A stretch of 59,145 bases of DNA from Acidimicrobiales bacterium (lineage in GTDB: Bacteria > Actinomycetota > Acidimicrobiia > Acidimicrobiales > SZUA-35). Location of the stretch: NCBI GenBank assembly GCA_041594435.1, contig JBFHME010000003.1, forward strand, positions 1 to 59,145, in the 5' to 3' direction. Positions within the stretch are counted from its first letter, which is position 1; each line of letters begins with the position of its first letter. Shown here in pieces: positions 38,103-47,672 of the stretch. The notes beneath the pieces were generated by a model that was not told the origin of the DNA, searched no databases, and saw only the letters and a program-made list of their open reading frames with translations. Both the position numbers and the translations under genes were made by a program.

Positions 38103-39256
38103 GGCCGCTCCTCGACCGATGGAGTTCCGATCTGGTGGCCGTCGCCCGCCTGTGCCGTGTCGTCCCAGAGATGGGGCCGGGACCGGAACCATTCGAGCTC
38201 ATCGGCCAAGCCGTCCTCCAGGGATATCGACGGGCGAAACCCGGTCCATGCCTCGAGCTTTGACGGGTCGAGGACGACCATCTGCGGCTCACGCGTCGGC
38301 TCGCCCACCTCGGCGGCGAGATCGGATCCGGCGGCCGAGGCGACCAGACCGGCAAGCTCTCCGGTCGTCGTCGCCCGGCCCGTGGCGACGTTGACGATCT
38401 CGAGGGCCGGTCGGCTCGTCGCTGCTTCAGTGCTGCAGTCGGGTAATGACGCCGCCAGCACGGCCACGATCGCCCCGGCGACGTCGTCGACGTGGATGTA
38501 GTCGCGAGCGTCATCGGCGATCGCCACCTGGGGAGGGCGACCGGCCAGCACCTGACGAATGAAGTTCGGGATAGCCCTGGGGACGGTCTCGCCGGGTCCG
38601 TAGGCGGTGGCGATGCGGAGTGCGACGGCGCGGCGACCGTTGGCGGCCCACCAGGCCAACGCCTGCTCGGCCACGACCTTGGCCAGTCCGTACGGTGAGT
38701 CGGGCTTCGGGGGGTCGGCCTCGGTGACGGCCCGGGTGAACTGTCGGCCGTAGACCAGGGAGCTGCTGGCGAAGCAGAACAGTGGGCTGTGGAAGTCGCC
38801 GGCGGACCCGTCGCCGTCCTCGGCGGTCCTCGCACCGCTGCCGGCCTCCGTCAGGTGGTTCAGCAGGTCGATCAGAGTCGTCACGTTCTCTGCCAGCTCC
38901 TGCCCGAACTCGGCCACGGGCACGCGGGTACGGGGTTCGGAGTAGCCCATGTGAACGATCGCGTCCGCCGCCCGGACGGCAGCCAACCAGGGAGCCTCGT
39001 CAGCGCCTTCACCGCCCCCGGCCGCAGCACCGTTGGCAGAACCGTCGTCATAGGGCCAACGATGACCGGTCGGAACGAACCGCACCCGGCCGTCGGCCAC
39101 CAGGCGGGCGACCCCGGGTCGAGCGCGGCTGTCGCCGTCGATGGCGACGACGTCGGCACCATGGTCGACCAGCGCCCGAACGACGGCGTCGCCGATGAAG
39201 CCGGCCGCACCGGTGACGGCCACTGTTCTGCCGGTCAAGGCCGGCCGAGGGATCAT
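38099..39256 (-). CDS. NAD-dependent epimerase/dehydratase (extended SDR)
   Basis: VTGAAGFIGDAVV Rossmann motif and YGLAK catalytic motif. Confidence 0.85.
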   Translation of the reverse strand: MIPRPALTGRTVAVTGAAGFIGDAVVRALVDHGADVVAIDGDSRARPGVARLVADGRVRFVPTGHRWPYDDGSANGAAAGGGEGADEAPWLAAVRAADAIVHMGYSEPRTRVPVAEFGQELAENVTTLIDLLNHLTEAGSGARTAEDGDGSAGDFHSPLFCFASSSLVYGRQFTRAVTEADPPKPDSPYGLAKVVAEQALAWWAANGRRAVALRIATAYGPGETVPRAIPNFIRQVLAGRPPQVAIADDARDYIHVDDVAGAIVAVLAASLPDCSTEAATSRPALEIVNVATGRATTTGELAGLVASAAGSDLAAEVGEPTREPQMVVLDPSKLEAWTGFRPSISLEDGLADELEWFRSRPHLWDDTAQAGDGHQIGTPSVEERP

Positions 39257-39277
39257 TCGGGCACGCCGATCATGCGG

Positions 39278-40291
39278 TCACCAGTTCCTGCAGAGGTCGG
39301 AGGACAACCAGTCGACGGCGTCGACCTGGTTCGAGACCCAGTCGATGTAGCGGCGCAAGCCCTCGTCGATCGAAACCGTCGGTCGCCAACCCATCAGACG
39401 GTCGGCTCGTTTGACGTCGGCGCAATGACGGCCGACGTCTCCAGGCCGAGCCGCGTCGAAAATCGGCACCTCGCCTCCGCGACCGAAGATCGCCAGCACC
39501 TTGTCCGCCAGCTGCCGAATCGGAACCTCCTGGCCACGGCCGACGTTGACCGTCGTACCTTTCTCAGCCAGCGTGGTCGAGGCGACGATCCCCCGCGCCG
39601 TGTCCTCGACCCAGGTGAAGTCGCGGGTCTGCAGACCGGAACCGAAGACGATCGGGCGGTCGCCCGCCATGGTCCGCAACACGAATTTCGGGATGACCTC
39701 CGCTCGAATTCCGCCCGACGGCTCGCGGGGCCCATAGGTGTTGAACGGTCTGACCACCACGACCGGGAGACCGTGAACCTGCTCCATCGCCAGTGTGTAG
39801 GCCTCACCCACCAGCTTCGAAGCTCCATAGACCGTGGTTGGCAGGGTCGGATGATCCTCGGTCATCGGCACCGACCTCGCCGACCCGTAGACCTCCGACG
39901 ACGACACGTAGACGAGACGGCCCACCCGATTGTTCTTCGCCGCAAGACACACATTGAAGGAGCCGTTGGCGTTCACGTCGTGGACGTGACGGGGGTTGTT
40001 GAGACTGGTGCGGATGCATGCAACGGCCATGTGAATGACGACATCCGCGTCCACGATCAGGTCGTGCATGGCGTTCGCATCGGTGATATCGGCCTCGACC
40101 AGGACGACCCGTCGACAGGATCCGTTGCCCGCGACCGGTTCCAGATGCCTGGCCAGATTCCGACGGTGCCCGGTCGACAGATTGTCGATGACCACGACCT
40201 GGTTGCCGGTGTCGGCAAGCTGATCGACGACGTGGCTGCCGATGAATCCGGCGCCTCCGGTCACGATGATTCGTTGATTCGTGGGCTGCAT
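39278..40291 (-). CDS. NAD-dependent nucleotide-sugar epimerase/dehydratase (extended SDR)
   Basis: VTGGAGFIGSHVV and SSSEVYG...YGASK. ATG 40291 is preceded by AAGGAGGTG. Confidence 0.9.
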   Translation of the reverse strand: MQPTNQRIIVTGGAGFIGSHVVDQLADTGNQVVVIDNLSTGHRRNLARHLEPVAGNGSCRRVVLVEADITDANAMHDLIVDADVVIHMAVACIRTSLNNPRHVHDVNANGSFNVCLAAKNNRVGRLVYVSSSEVYGSARSVPMTEDHPTLPTTVYGASKLVGEAYTLAMEQVHGLPVVVVRPFNTYGPREPSGGIRAEVIPKFVLRTMAGDRPIVFGSGLQTRDFTWVEDTARGIVASTTLAEKGTTVNVGRGQEVPIRQLADKVLAIFGRGGEVPIFDAARPGDVGRHCADVKRADRLMGWRPTVSIDEGLRRYIDWVSNQVDAVDWLSSDLCRNW

Positions 40292-40330
40292 GTTCACCTC
40301 CTTGGCGTGGGTCGTCAACAGGACGGCTGT

Positions 40331-40999
40331 TCAGCCGGCCCGATCGGTGGCCAGCAACTCCGGGATCGTGCGGGCCAGGATGAGCAGGTCGAGTCTGAAG
40401 CTCCAGTGCTGGGCATAGAGGGCGTCGAGATCCAGCATGTCGAGGAACGCCAACTCGCTCCGGCCGGACACCTGCCAGAGGCCGGTCATCCCCGGAAGGA
40501 CGTCGAACCGCCGGTAGTGGTGTGACTCGTAGATGTCGAGCGAGTACGGAAGATCGGGCCGGGGACCGACCAGGCTCATCTCCCCCCGCAACACGTTGAT
40601 CAACTGCGGCAGCTCATCGATGCTCGATCGTCGGATGAACCGTCCGACCGGCGTGACCCGCGGATCGGCGATGACCTTGAAATGCTCGACGTCGGCGCAG
40701 ACGCCGTTGGCCTGGTCGTAGAGGAACCGGCGGTGGGCGTCCGGCGTGGCGTCGCGATACATCGATCGGAACTTCAGCACCAGGAACGGCTCCTGATAGC
40801 GGCCCAGCCGTTCCTGCCGGAAGATGGCCGGGCCGGGTGAGGTCAGCCGTACCGCAGCCGCCACGACGAGCAGGAGTGGGGCCAGCACCACGAGAAGAAC
40901 CGAGGCACCGACGACGTCGAGTGCTCGTTTGGCGGTCATCTGGATCCGCCAACCGATGTCCGATCGATGGCCGAGTTCGGGGACGGGCGTCGTGGTCAC
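40331..40999 (-). CDS. Small monotopic phosphoglycosyl transferase (PglC/WbaP-C-terminal 'bacterial sugar transferase' family), priming enzyme
   Basis: [23 protein letters not shown]...[10 protein letters not shown]...FLVLKFRSM...[26 protein letters not shown] 40999 overlaps the upstream TGA. ATG 40939 is the alternative start. Confidence 0.85.
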   Translation of the reverse strand: MTTTPVPELGHRSDIGWRIQMTAKRALDVVGASVLLVVLAPLLLVVAAAVRLTSPGPAIFRQERLGRYQEPFLVLKFRSMYRDATPDAHRRFLYDQANGVCADVEHFKVIADPRVTPVGRFIRRSSIDELPQLINVLRGEMSLVGPRPDLPYSLDIYESHHYRRFDVLPGMTGLWQVSGRSELAFLDMLDLDALYAQHWSFRLDLLILARTIPELLATDRAG

Positions 41000-43122
41000 G
41001 AGGTCTCCCCCGACTCCCAGGCCTGGTGGAGTTCGACCCAGGGGGGCAGCGGTTCCCCGGTCGTCGTCGGGCCCGCGGTGTTGTCCCAGAGCCACCAGTC
41101 CGATCCGGGTGTCGCCGACGAGACATCCCCGTCGAAGCGATTGCCGGTCACCCAGAGTCTGCCGGTGACCGAGGCGTCGCCCTCGATTCTCAACGCCGGA
41201 TCGGTGTCCGACTCGACCACGTTGTCGGTCACGACGACGTCCCGAACCCCGATCCACGGAAACCCGTTGCTCTCCTCGACGCCCAGTGCGATGCCACCCC
41301 GACCCCCAAAGCGGTTGCCGGTGACGACGAGGCGGGCCGAACCGAAGTTGTCGGACTCCGTGATCGCCGAGTCGCCGGAGCCGGAGCCGCCCCATCCGCT
41401 CCACGTAAGGCAGTTCTGGACGCAGCCGACGGACCGGTTCCCAGCCACGACGATGCCGTACGAGTTCTCCACCATGAGAACGTCGACCACATTGTCGACG
41501 AACTGGTTGTTCCGAACAGCGGTCTCGCCGCTGAATCCCCAGGTGTCGTTTCCGAGGAGTATCCCGGCCCAGCCCGACGCACCGGCACCGATCCAGTTGT
41601 TCTCGATGACGACATCGCGACTGCCGCCACCGTGCTCGTTCACGCCATAGGTTCGGCTGGCGCCGAAGACCGAGTTGCGAATGAGAGCTCGATAGACGAA
41701 CTGGAGTGTCATCAGGCTCATGTTCCGATCGTCGTCAGCCGATCCGAAGGTCGAGTCCACGACCGTCACGTTCGTCGCGGGACCGAAGCCCACCTTGTAC
41801 TTGCACGGTTCGGGCTGATAGCCGTTGGCCCCGCCGTCGATCCCGGTGAACCCGACGAGGGTGATGCGGTGGCCACTGGCGTCGAGGAAGTTGCGGTTCG
41901 GCCAGCGGGCCGTGACGTCGGCCATCCTGAAGTCGACCTGGTAGGAGGCGTCGATCAGCCGGTGATAGCTCGAGTCCTCCGGTCCCCCGCCCTCCAACGT
42001 CAGCCGTTCCACACCGTTGCCGACGCCGGTGTCGTAGACGAACAACGTGGAACCGGCGGGGAGGATGGGGCTCATCGGGTGATCGAACGTGACCGACGCG
42101 TCGTCGACGGCGACGATCGTTCCGGCGTCGAACGGGTAGCGCTCGTCGTTGCCGATCGACGGATCCTGGGCGATACCGAGACCCTCGTATTCGTAGGTCG
42201 GGAACTGACCGCGGATCCCGTCGATCTCCACGAAGTCGCCCACCTTCACCGGTGGGGGCCCGTTGACGGCGATCCGGGTCGACCCGCGGGGCGCCGTGAC
42301 GGCCACGTCGACATCCAAGTCGACGGGGTCGCCCCGGAACAGCACCAACGGCGTGACCCGGCCACACGATTCGTCGGTGCCGGCGAACGCCGGTCGGACG
42401 ACCGTGGCATCCTGACCGGCGCCGCGAAGCAACACCCCGCTGCCACGGATCACGAGCGTGTCGTCGAACGAGTACGTGCCGGCGTCGAACTGCACGACAC
42501 CGCCTCCGGCTTCCTCGGCATCGGCCACCGCCTGCTCCGTCCGCTCGAGATCGGTGCCCGAGTAGTCGTCGACGGCGAACACGGGCCCGACGTCGGCGGT
42601 CGACCGAACCATGACGTTTGCCGGTTCGGACCACGGGCCCGGACCGGCGCTGAGCCGGGCCCTGACCTGGTATCGGTGGTCGCCCGCGGTCACTGCGGCG
42701 TCCTGCACGGCCATGTCGTCCCACGGTTCGTCGTCAACGACGGTCTCGGCGACGATCCGGCCATCACGGGCGACCTCGTAGCCGAGCACCGTCGGGTCGG
42801 CGTCAGGATGTCGCCCGAGTCCGACGTGGCTCCAGCTGACCGACACATAGGATGCGGACTCATCGATGGGGCCCTGCACGGCGACCACGGCAAGGGGTGC
42901 CGGCGACGCGACCACGTCGTCGTCGTCGACCATGATGTCGGCCTCACCGGACGCGGTGGCGCCGTCGGCCGGTAGCGTGTCGGAGAGAATCGAGCCGTTG
43001 CCAACGTCCGACCCCTCGCTCTCGGGTTCGCCGTCACCGCCGGTACAGGCGGCCGATAGCAGGGCGACGACGGCAACCATGGCGAGGGCGTGTCGAGGCG
43101 ACGAATTGGGCGATCCGGTCAC
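40996..43122 (-). CDS. Secreted lipoprotein with FN3-like region and right-handed parallel beta-helix (pectate-lyase/glycosidase-like) domain
   Basis: Lipobox LLSAACTGG. GGVVQFDAGTYSFDDTLVIRGSGVLLRGAG is a Pectate_lyase_3-like start. Repeated N-x-[VIF] rungs follow (NSVFG, IENNWIG, VRNNQFVDN, VTGNRF, VTDNVV). Confidence 0.72.
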   Translation of the reverse strand: MTGSPNSSPRHALAMVAVVALLSAACTGGDGEPESEGSDVGNGSILSDTLPADGATASGEADIMVDDDDVVASPAPLAVVAVQGPIDESASYVSVSWSHVGLGRHPDADPTVLGYEVARDGRIVAETVVDDEPWDDMAVQDAAVTAGDHRYQVRARLSAGPGPWSEPANVMVRSTADVGPVFAVDDYSGTDLERTEQAVADAEEAGGGVVQFDAGTYSFDDTLVIRGSGVLLRGAGQDATVVRPAFAGTDESCGRVTPLVLFRGDPVDLDVDVAVTAPRGSTRIAVNGPPPVKVGDFVEIDGIRGQFPTYEYEGLGIAQDPSIGNDERYPFDAGTIVAVDDASVTFDHPMSPILPAGSTLFVYDTGVGNGVERLTLEGGGPEDSSYHRLIDASYQVDFRMADVTARWPNRNFLDASGHRITLVGFTGIDGGANGYQPEPCKYKVGFGPATNVTVVDSTFGSADDDRNMSLMTLQFVYRALIRNSVFGASRTYGVNEHGGGSRDVVIENNWIGAGASGWAGILLGNDTWGFSGETAVRNNQFVDNVVDVLMVENSYGIVVAGNRSVGCVQNCLTWSGWGGSGSGDSAITESDNFGSARLVVTGNRFGGRGGIALGVEESNGFPWIGVRDVVVTDNVVESDTDPALRIEGDASVTGRLWVTGNRFDGDVSSATPGSDWWLWDNTAGPTTTGEPLPPWVELHQAWESGETS

Positions 43123-43126
43123 GGGG

Positions 43127-44659
43127 TCACCCCACGCTCACGTCGGATCGGTGTCGGTCACCAAGAAGCTGCGACCAGGAGAGAACGGGCCGACCGATGA
43201 CCGTCTTCTTCCATGCTGCGTTCGAATCCCAGAGCACCGGGGCGGTGACCAGGGCCAGCATCGGGAACAACGCGTCGGCCGGTCCGCGGAGCGTGAGATG
43301 CACGTCGAACAGCATGAGCACGAACACCACCGACAGCGACACGGCCACGGACAGGCCGAACGCCGGGGCGAAGCCCGCCGGCCCCCGGACCGTCGGCCGG
43401 GAGTTGCTCAGCTCCACCGACGCTCGAAAGCCGTGCCAGCAGAACCACAGAAAGGCCAGAGTCAGCGGAACACCCCCGGTCCACAACAACCACGTGTGAC
43501 CGCTCTCGATGAAGACCCACTCCCGCCACGGTTCGAAGGAGGGGAGTCGACCCGCCGGTCTCACACCCAGCAGCCAGTTGCCGCTCCGAAACAGCTCGGG
43601 CCAGAAGTAGTTGGAAAGGTTGAAGTAGCGAGCCTCCCAGCTGTCGGGAACACCGTCGCTGGTGGTGCTGTTGATCCGTGCCTGTACGACGGGCCACAGG
43701 AGTATCGCAGCCAGCACCGTCGCGGGAGCGGCGACGGCCAGGGTCCGGACGAGCCGTGCCGTCAGGAACCCGAACGTTCCGGCCACGACCAGCAGGGCCA
43801 GCACGGCGGAGATCTGACCCGAGGCGAAGCATGCCAGACCGAAAAAGACGGCCGCAGCGCCCATCAGCCAACGAGAACCGACGTTCCGGTACCACAGCGA
43901 CAGGACGATCGCCAGGTCGAAGGCCATGACGTCAGCCGTTCCGTGCGACGTGGCCAGGGTCGACGAGCCACGGTTGTTTGCCACCGCATCCAATGGTTCC
44001 GAGTAGATCCAGGCCAGGGCCTGGATCACACCGGGTGTCTTCAGCGCCTGAAGAATGGCGACGGCGCCGACCACGAAACCCACCGACAGCATGATCACGA
44101 CACAGATCCGGATCTGGGCTTCGTGAACGACGACCACGCGGAACAGGACGAAGATCAGCAGGTATTTCCACAGGGTGGTGGCGTACAGGAGGTCGTCAGT
44201 CAGCGGTCGGAATCCACGCGCCGCTCGCCACAGGAGCGGGACAACGGAGCTGAACAGCGCCATCGCCAGGATCGCACGGCCGATCATGGACACCCGGTAA
44301 TCAGCGATCGCGGTCGGTGTCAGCCCCGCCAACCCGTCGTACAGGAACCTGGCGACGACTGCGGCCACCACCAGCACCAACAGCGCCTCGCTGGACCGGA
44401 GCAACGGCACGAACGCACCGCGACCGAAACCGGCGATCAGTGGAGTCAGCAGCAGGTACAGGTACGCCCCGCGCACCGGACGGGTCACCACCAGCGCGAA
44501 CGCAACGACGGCCACGGCGAAAGCCATGCCGGCCAGCGGTTCGAACGCGGCAATCGCAACGGCGCCGACGGTGAGAAGCGCTCCCAACGCGGAGATGGCG
44601 ACCGTGGCTTCACCAACCGACAGCGGAGTCGGGGTACGAGCCGGTGCGGTCAACAGCAT
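43127..44659 (-). CDS. O-antigen ligase/polymerase family (Wzy-like) integral membrane protein
   Basis: At least 10 hydrophobic segments with a large loop, as in Wzy_C-type proteins. Position in a Wzx-containing operon supports the call. Confidence 0.72.
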   Translation of the reverse strand: MLLTAPARTPTPLSVGEATVAISALGALLTVGAVAIAAFEPLAGMAFAVAVVAFALVVTRPVRGAYLYLLLTPLIAGFGRGAFVPLLRSSEALLVLVVAAVVARFLYDGLAGLTPTAIADYRVSMIGRAILAMALFSSVVPLLWRAARGFRPLTDDLLYATTLWKYLLIFVLFRVVVVHEAQIRICVVIMLSVGFVVGAVAILQALKTPGVIQALAWIYSEPLDAVANNRGSSTLATSHGTADVMAFDLAIVLSLWYRNVGSRWLMGAAAVFFGLACFASGQISAVLALLVVAGTFGFLTARLVRTLAVAAPATVLAAILLWPVVQARINSTTSDGVPDSWEARYFNLSNYFWPELFRSGNWLLGVRPAGRLPSFEPWREWVFIESGHTWLLWTGGVPLTLAFLWFCWHGFRASVELSNSRPTVRGPAGFAPAFGLSVAVSLSVVFVLMLFDVHLTLRGPADALFPMLALVTAPVLWDSNAAWKKTVIGRPVLSWSQLLGDRHRSDVSVG

Positions 44660-46242
44660 CAGACCGTTCCGCCGCTAACCCGGTCTTCGCCGGTCGGCGA
44701 GGTGTAGGCGGCCAGCAGGAACAGGACAAGTCCGGCCATGACGGCGCCGGTCAGCATGCCGAGTGCGGCCAGAGCGAGGGGTTTGGGCCAGGTCGGCTCC
44801 GGCAACAGCCTCGGCTCCGTCACCACGACCGCGTCGGTCCGTTGGATCTCACCGACCTGTTCGTCCAGCAGGGCCTGCTCGAGAGTGATGATCTGGCTGA
44901 GCAGCTGTTCCGATTCGAGGCCCAGACGTCGGGCCTCGCCCGGATACGGAATCGGCTTCTCCTCCGCCTCGGCCTGCGAGTTCGCCGATTCGATGACCGC
45001 CAGCCGCTGCTCGATCATCTGCCGCTGCTCGTTCATCGCATCCAATCGTTCAACGTAGAGATCGGCCGTCTCGTCCACCGCCGCCTCCGAGAGTTCGTTC
45101 ATGAAAGCGGCCACGACAGCGTCGACCACGGAGCGGGCCAGCTCGGGATCGGAGTCGACGAAGGTTATTCCGAGCGCCGAGCTGGCCTCGACGGGAAAGA
45201 CCTTCAGTTCCTCTTCGATGCCCTTGCGATCGATCGGCAGATCGGCGGCCACCTGCTCCAGAACCACCGAGCTCTGCATCAGTACCTGCTGGGTTGCGAG
45301 GTAGCGGTCCGGCTGTGCCGTGCCGGAGTCGACCACGATCTCGGCCTCGGCGGTCCAGCGTTCGGGGAGGTAGCCGGCCAGCAGGTAGCCGGTGCCACCA
45401 CCCAACCCGACGAGCGCGAGTACCAGCATGACGAGCGACACGATGCGCCGGCCCGACAGAGGGTTGGCGTGGGCGATGGGTTCGGGCCGGCTCAAACCCT
45501 CGTCCGACCCGGTTTGAATGATACCGATCACGACTCGACCGTCATCGTCCCGGCCGCGGTGGCGAACGTCGACCGTCGGTCGGGAGGCGACGCTGGCAAC
45601 GGGGGTGAAGGCACCGACGATCTCCCGCCGATCGGGGTCGTTCAGGTTGTCGCGTTCTCGTGTCATCGAGCCATTGCGGGTGATCACGGCCGGCGGGTTC
45701 CGGCGATCGTGAGGTGTTCTCGGCATGGTCGATCTCGCTTTCATCTGGCCGGTGACGGGGTTGTCGTTCGCAACGGTCCGTTGGATCTCGGCGGTCACGG
45801 TGACGGCCCGTGCCAGCCACTCCTCGGCCGGTATCGGTGCTCCGTCCGACGCACCGTCGAGTCCTCGTTCGGCCGGATCAATGGCGGAACCGTCCATTGG
45901 CTCGAGGTCCGACGCGCCGTCCAGCGGGGATTCGATCGCCCTGTCGTCGCTCCCCCCGTTGGGAGTGAGCGGTTCGTCGAAGCCCGCTGTCTCATCGTCG
46001 AGACCAACGACCCTGAGGTCGAGGTCGGCCGGGTTCTCGGCCGGATCCTCAACGACCGCCGGGGCGTCGTCGAGCGGAGCGTCGTCGAGCGGAGCGTCGA
46101 ACCCGGCGGTCTCGTCGTCCAGGCCGACGATCCTGAGATCGACGGTCACCGGCGGTGAATCTTCGGCCGACCCACGGTCCTCCGGCATCGGGTCGTCCTT
46201 CCCGGACACACTCGTCACGTGGTTGCGGTTCGTCCCGGTCAC
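44659..46242 (-). CDS. Wzz/PCP-like chain-length determinant with a long acidic, repeat-containing N-terminal cytoplasmic extension; no kinase domain
   Basis: The C-terminal half has two TM segments flanking a coiled-coil-rich region (AEAEIVVDSG...LMQSSVVLEQVA...FVDSDPELA), which is Wzz-like. There is no Walker motif. GTG 46242 overlaps the GT4 stop. Confidence 0.7.
   Translation of the reverse strand: MTGTNRNHVTSVSGKDDPMPEDRGSAEDSPPVTVDLRIVGLDDETAGFDAPLDDAPLDDAPAVVEDPAENPADLDLRVVGLDDETAGFDEPLTPNGGSDDRAIESPLDGASDLEPMDGSAIDPAERGLDGASDGAPIPAEEWLARAVTVTAEIQRTVANDNPVTGQMKARSTMPRTPHDRRNPPAVITRNGSMTRERDNLNDPDRREIVGAFTPVASVASRPTVDVRHRGRDDDGRVVIGIIQTGSDEGLSRPEPIAHANPLSGRRIVSLVMLVLALVGLGGGTGYLLAGYLPERWTAEAEIVVDSGTAQPDRYLATQQVLMQSSVVLEQVAADLPIDRKGIEEELKVFPVEASSALGITFVDSDPELARSVVDAVVAAFMNELSEAAVDETADLYVERLDAMNEQRQMIEQRLAVIESANSQAEAEEKPIPYPGEARRLGLESEQLLSQIITLEQALLDEQVGEIQRTDAVVVTEPRLLPEPTWPKPLALAALGMLTGAVMAGLVLFLLAAYTSPTGEDRVSGGTV
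45977..46145 (-). repeat. In-frame 120-nt-period duplication plus a 15-nt tandem repeat inside the Wzz-like gene
   Basis: 45977-46025 and 46097-46145 are about 80% identical by my hand alignment and encode DL[R]VVGLDDETAGFDEPL and DLRIVGLDDETAGFDAPL. GCGTCGTCGAGCGGA occurs twice in tandem (46064-46093) and encodes the doubled DDAPL in DDAPLDDAPL. Confidence 0.7.
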
Positions 46243-47672
46243 TGGTGAACCTCCAAGTGCTCGATCGACCGGCCGTTCCGTTCGGTCATGGATCGTTGTT
46301 CGCCGACGTCGGTCACCGCCGCAGGCCTGAACGACGCATCATGCGTCGGGCCCGGCGGGTCGGCTTCCTCCCCCGTCGGAGTCGATTGGCGCGGACCGTT
46401 CACAAGGTCCAGCCACAGATCGACGTATACCCCGGCCTGACGGGGCCACCCGAGGTACCGCTCGATCCGGTGGCGACCGATGCGACCCATCTCGTCCATC
46501 CTTGGTTGATCCCGAAGCAGTCGATCGAGGCAGACGGCCAACCCCTCCGGCGTTCCCTCCGTGGCGTACGCCGCGGCGGCGCCCGCCGACCGGCGGGTTT
46601 CGTGCAGGTCGTGGGCCACCACCGGTAGCCCGAACGACATGTACTCGAGTGTCTTGTTCATCGTCGATTTGTCGTTGAGCGGCCCCGGCGGATCGGCGCT
46701 CAATCCCACGTCGGCCGCGGAAAGCCAGGCGAACGCTTCGTCGTCGGGTATCCAGCCGGTGAAGGTGACCCACCGATCGACCTTCAGCTCGGCCGCCACC
46801 TGCCTGGCCTCGGCCAGCGCCTCCCCCTGCCCGATGAAGACGAAGTCGGTGTCGGTTCGTTGCAGACTGTGCACCAGATGGCTGACGGCTCGAACGGCAT
46901 CGTCGAGACCGTCCTGTGGCCCGATATTGCCCATCCAGACGACGAGCCTGCGACCGTCGGCCGATCGCAGCCGGGATGGCGAACGGCGCATCATGTCGGG
47001 ATCCGGGCCGTTGCGGACGACGACCACGTCGGACGGCGACAGCCCGCCCCGCTCGATGGCGATGCGGCGATACGACTGGTTCGTGGCGATCACGCGGCTG
47101 GCACCCAGATAGGTCTCCCGCTCGCAGCGTCGCAGGACGGCGAGTACAAGCCGTCGAGGACCGTAGCCGGCCCGCCGCCGATCCGAGGTCCCCCGGGACC
47201 TGGGTAGGAACCTGGTCTCGAAGAGTTCGGGACAGAGGTCGTGTTGATCGAAGACGAACGGGATGCCGTGCCGTCGTGCCCACCATGCCAGTGGGAAGAA
47301 GATGTCGGGGGGGTTGCAGGCCTGGACCCCGGACAGGGGGCTGGAGCGATGCAGACGGAGCAGAATCCAGCTCATCTGCAGCCAGGCCAACGAATACTCC
47401 CAGACGAATCCGAGCATGCCCGACCGTTCGGCCGCCGCGGCGAAGGAACGAATCTCGATCCCGTCGACCACTCGCACCCGCCGCCGGCCTCCACGGGATC
47501 CGTCGCCGACCGGGGCCGGGCAGATGACGGTCACGTCGAGGCCGGCGCCGACCAGCGCCTTGGATTGGCGCCACACCCGACGATCGCGTTCGACGGGGAC
47601 GTTCTCCAGCAGGATCGCGATCCGGGGTGACCGTGCCCTCGATCGCGGCCTCGGTGGCGGTCGATCGGTCAC
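46239..47672 (-). CDS. Glycosyltransferase family 4 (WbuB-like)
   Basis: IAILLENVPVERDRRVWRQSKAL...NDKSTMNKTLEYMSFGLPVV are typical GT4 blocks. GTGA overlap with the upstream gene. Confidence 0.88.
   Translation of the reverse strand: MTDRPPPRPRSRARSPRIAILLENVPVERDRRVWRQSKALVGAGLDVTVICPAPVGDGSRGGRRRVRVVDGIEIRSFAAAAERSGMLGFVWEYSLAWLQMSWILLRLHRSSPLSGVQACNPPDIFFPLAWWARRHGIPFVFDQHDLCPELFETRFLPRSRGTSDRRRAGYGPRRLVLAVLRRCERETYLGASRVIATNQSYRRIAIERGGLSPSDVVVVRNGPDPDMMRRSPSRLRSADGRRLVVWMGNIGPQDGLDDAVRAVSHLVHSLQRTDTDFVFIGQGEALAEARQVAAELKVDRWVTFTGWIPDDEAFAWLSAADVGLSADPPGPLNDKSTMNKTLEYMSFGLPVVAHDLHETRRSAGAAAAYATEGTPEGLAVCLDRLLRDQPRMDEMGRIGRHRIERYLGWPRQAGVYVDLWLDLVNGPRQSTPTGEEADPPGPTHDASFRPAAVTDVGEQRSMTERNGRSIEHLEVHQ

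Noticed and set aside
46064-46100. Short tandem DNA repeats (15-nt units here, 13-nt units at 30314-30366) considered as a CRISPR-like or minisatellite array.
   Set aside because: The units are far too short, have no spacers and are not near any cas genes. One set is in-frame coding sequence and the other is a 53-nt leader element.
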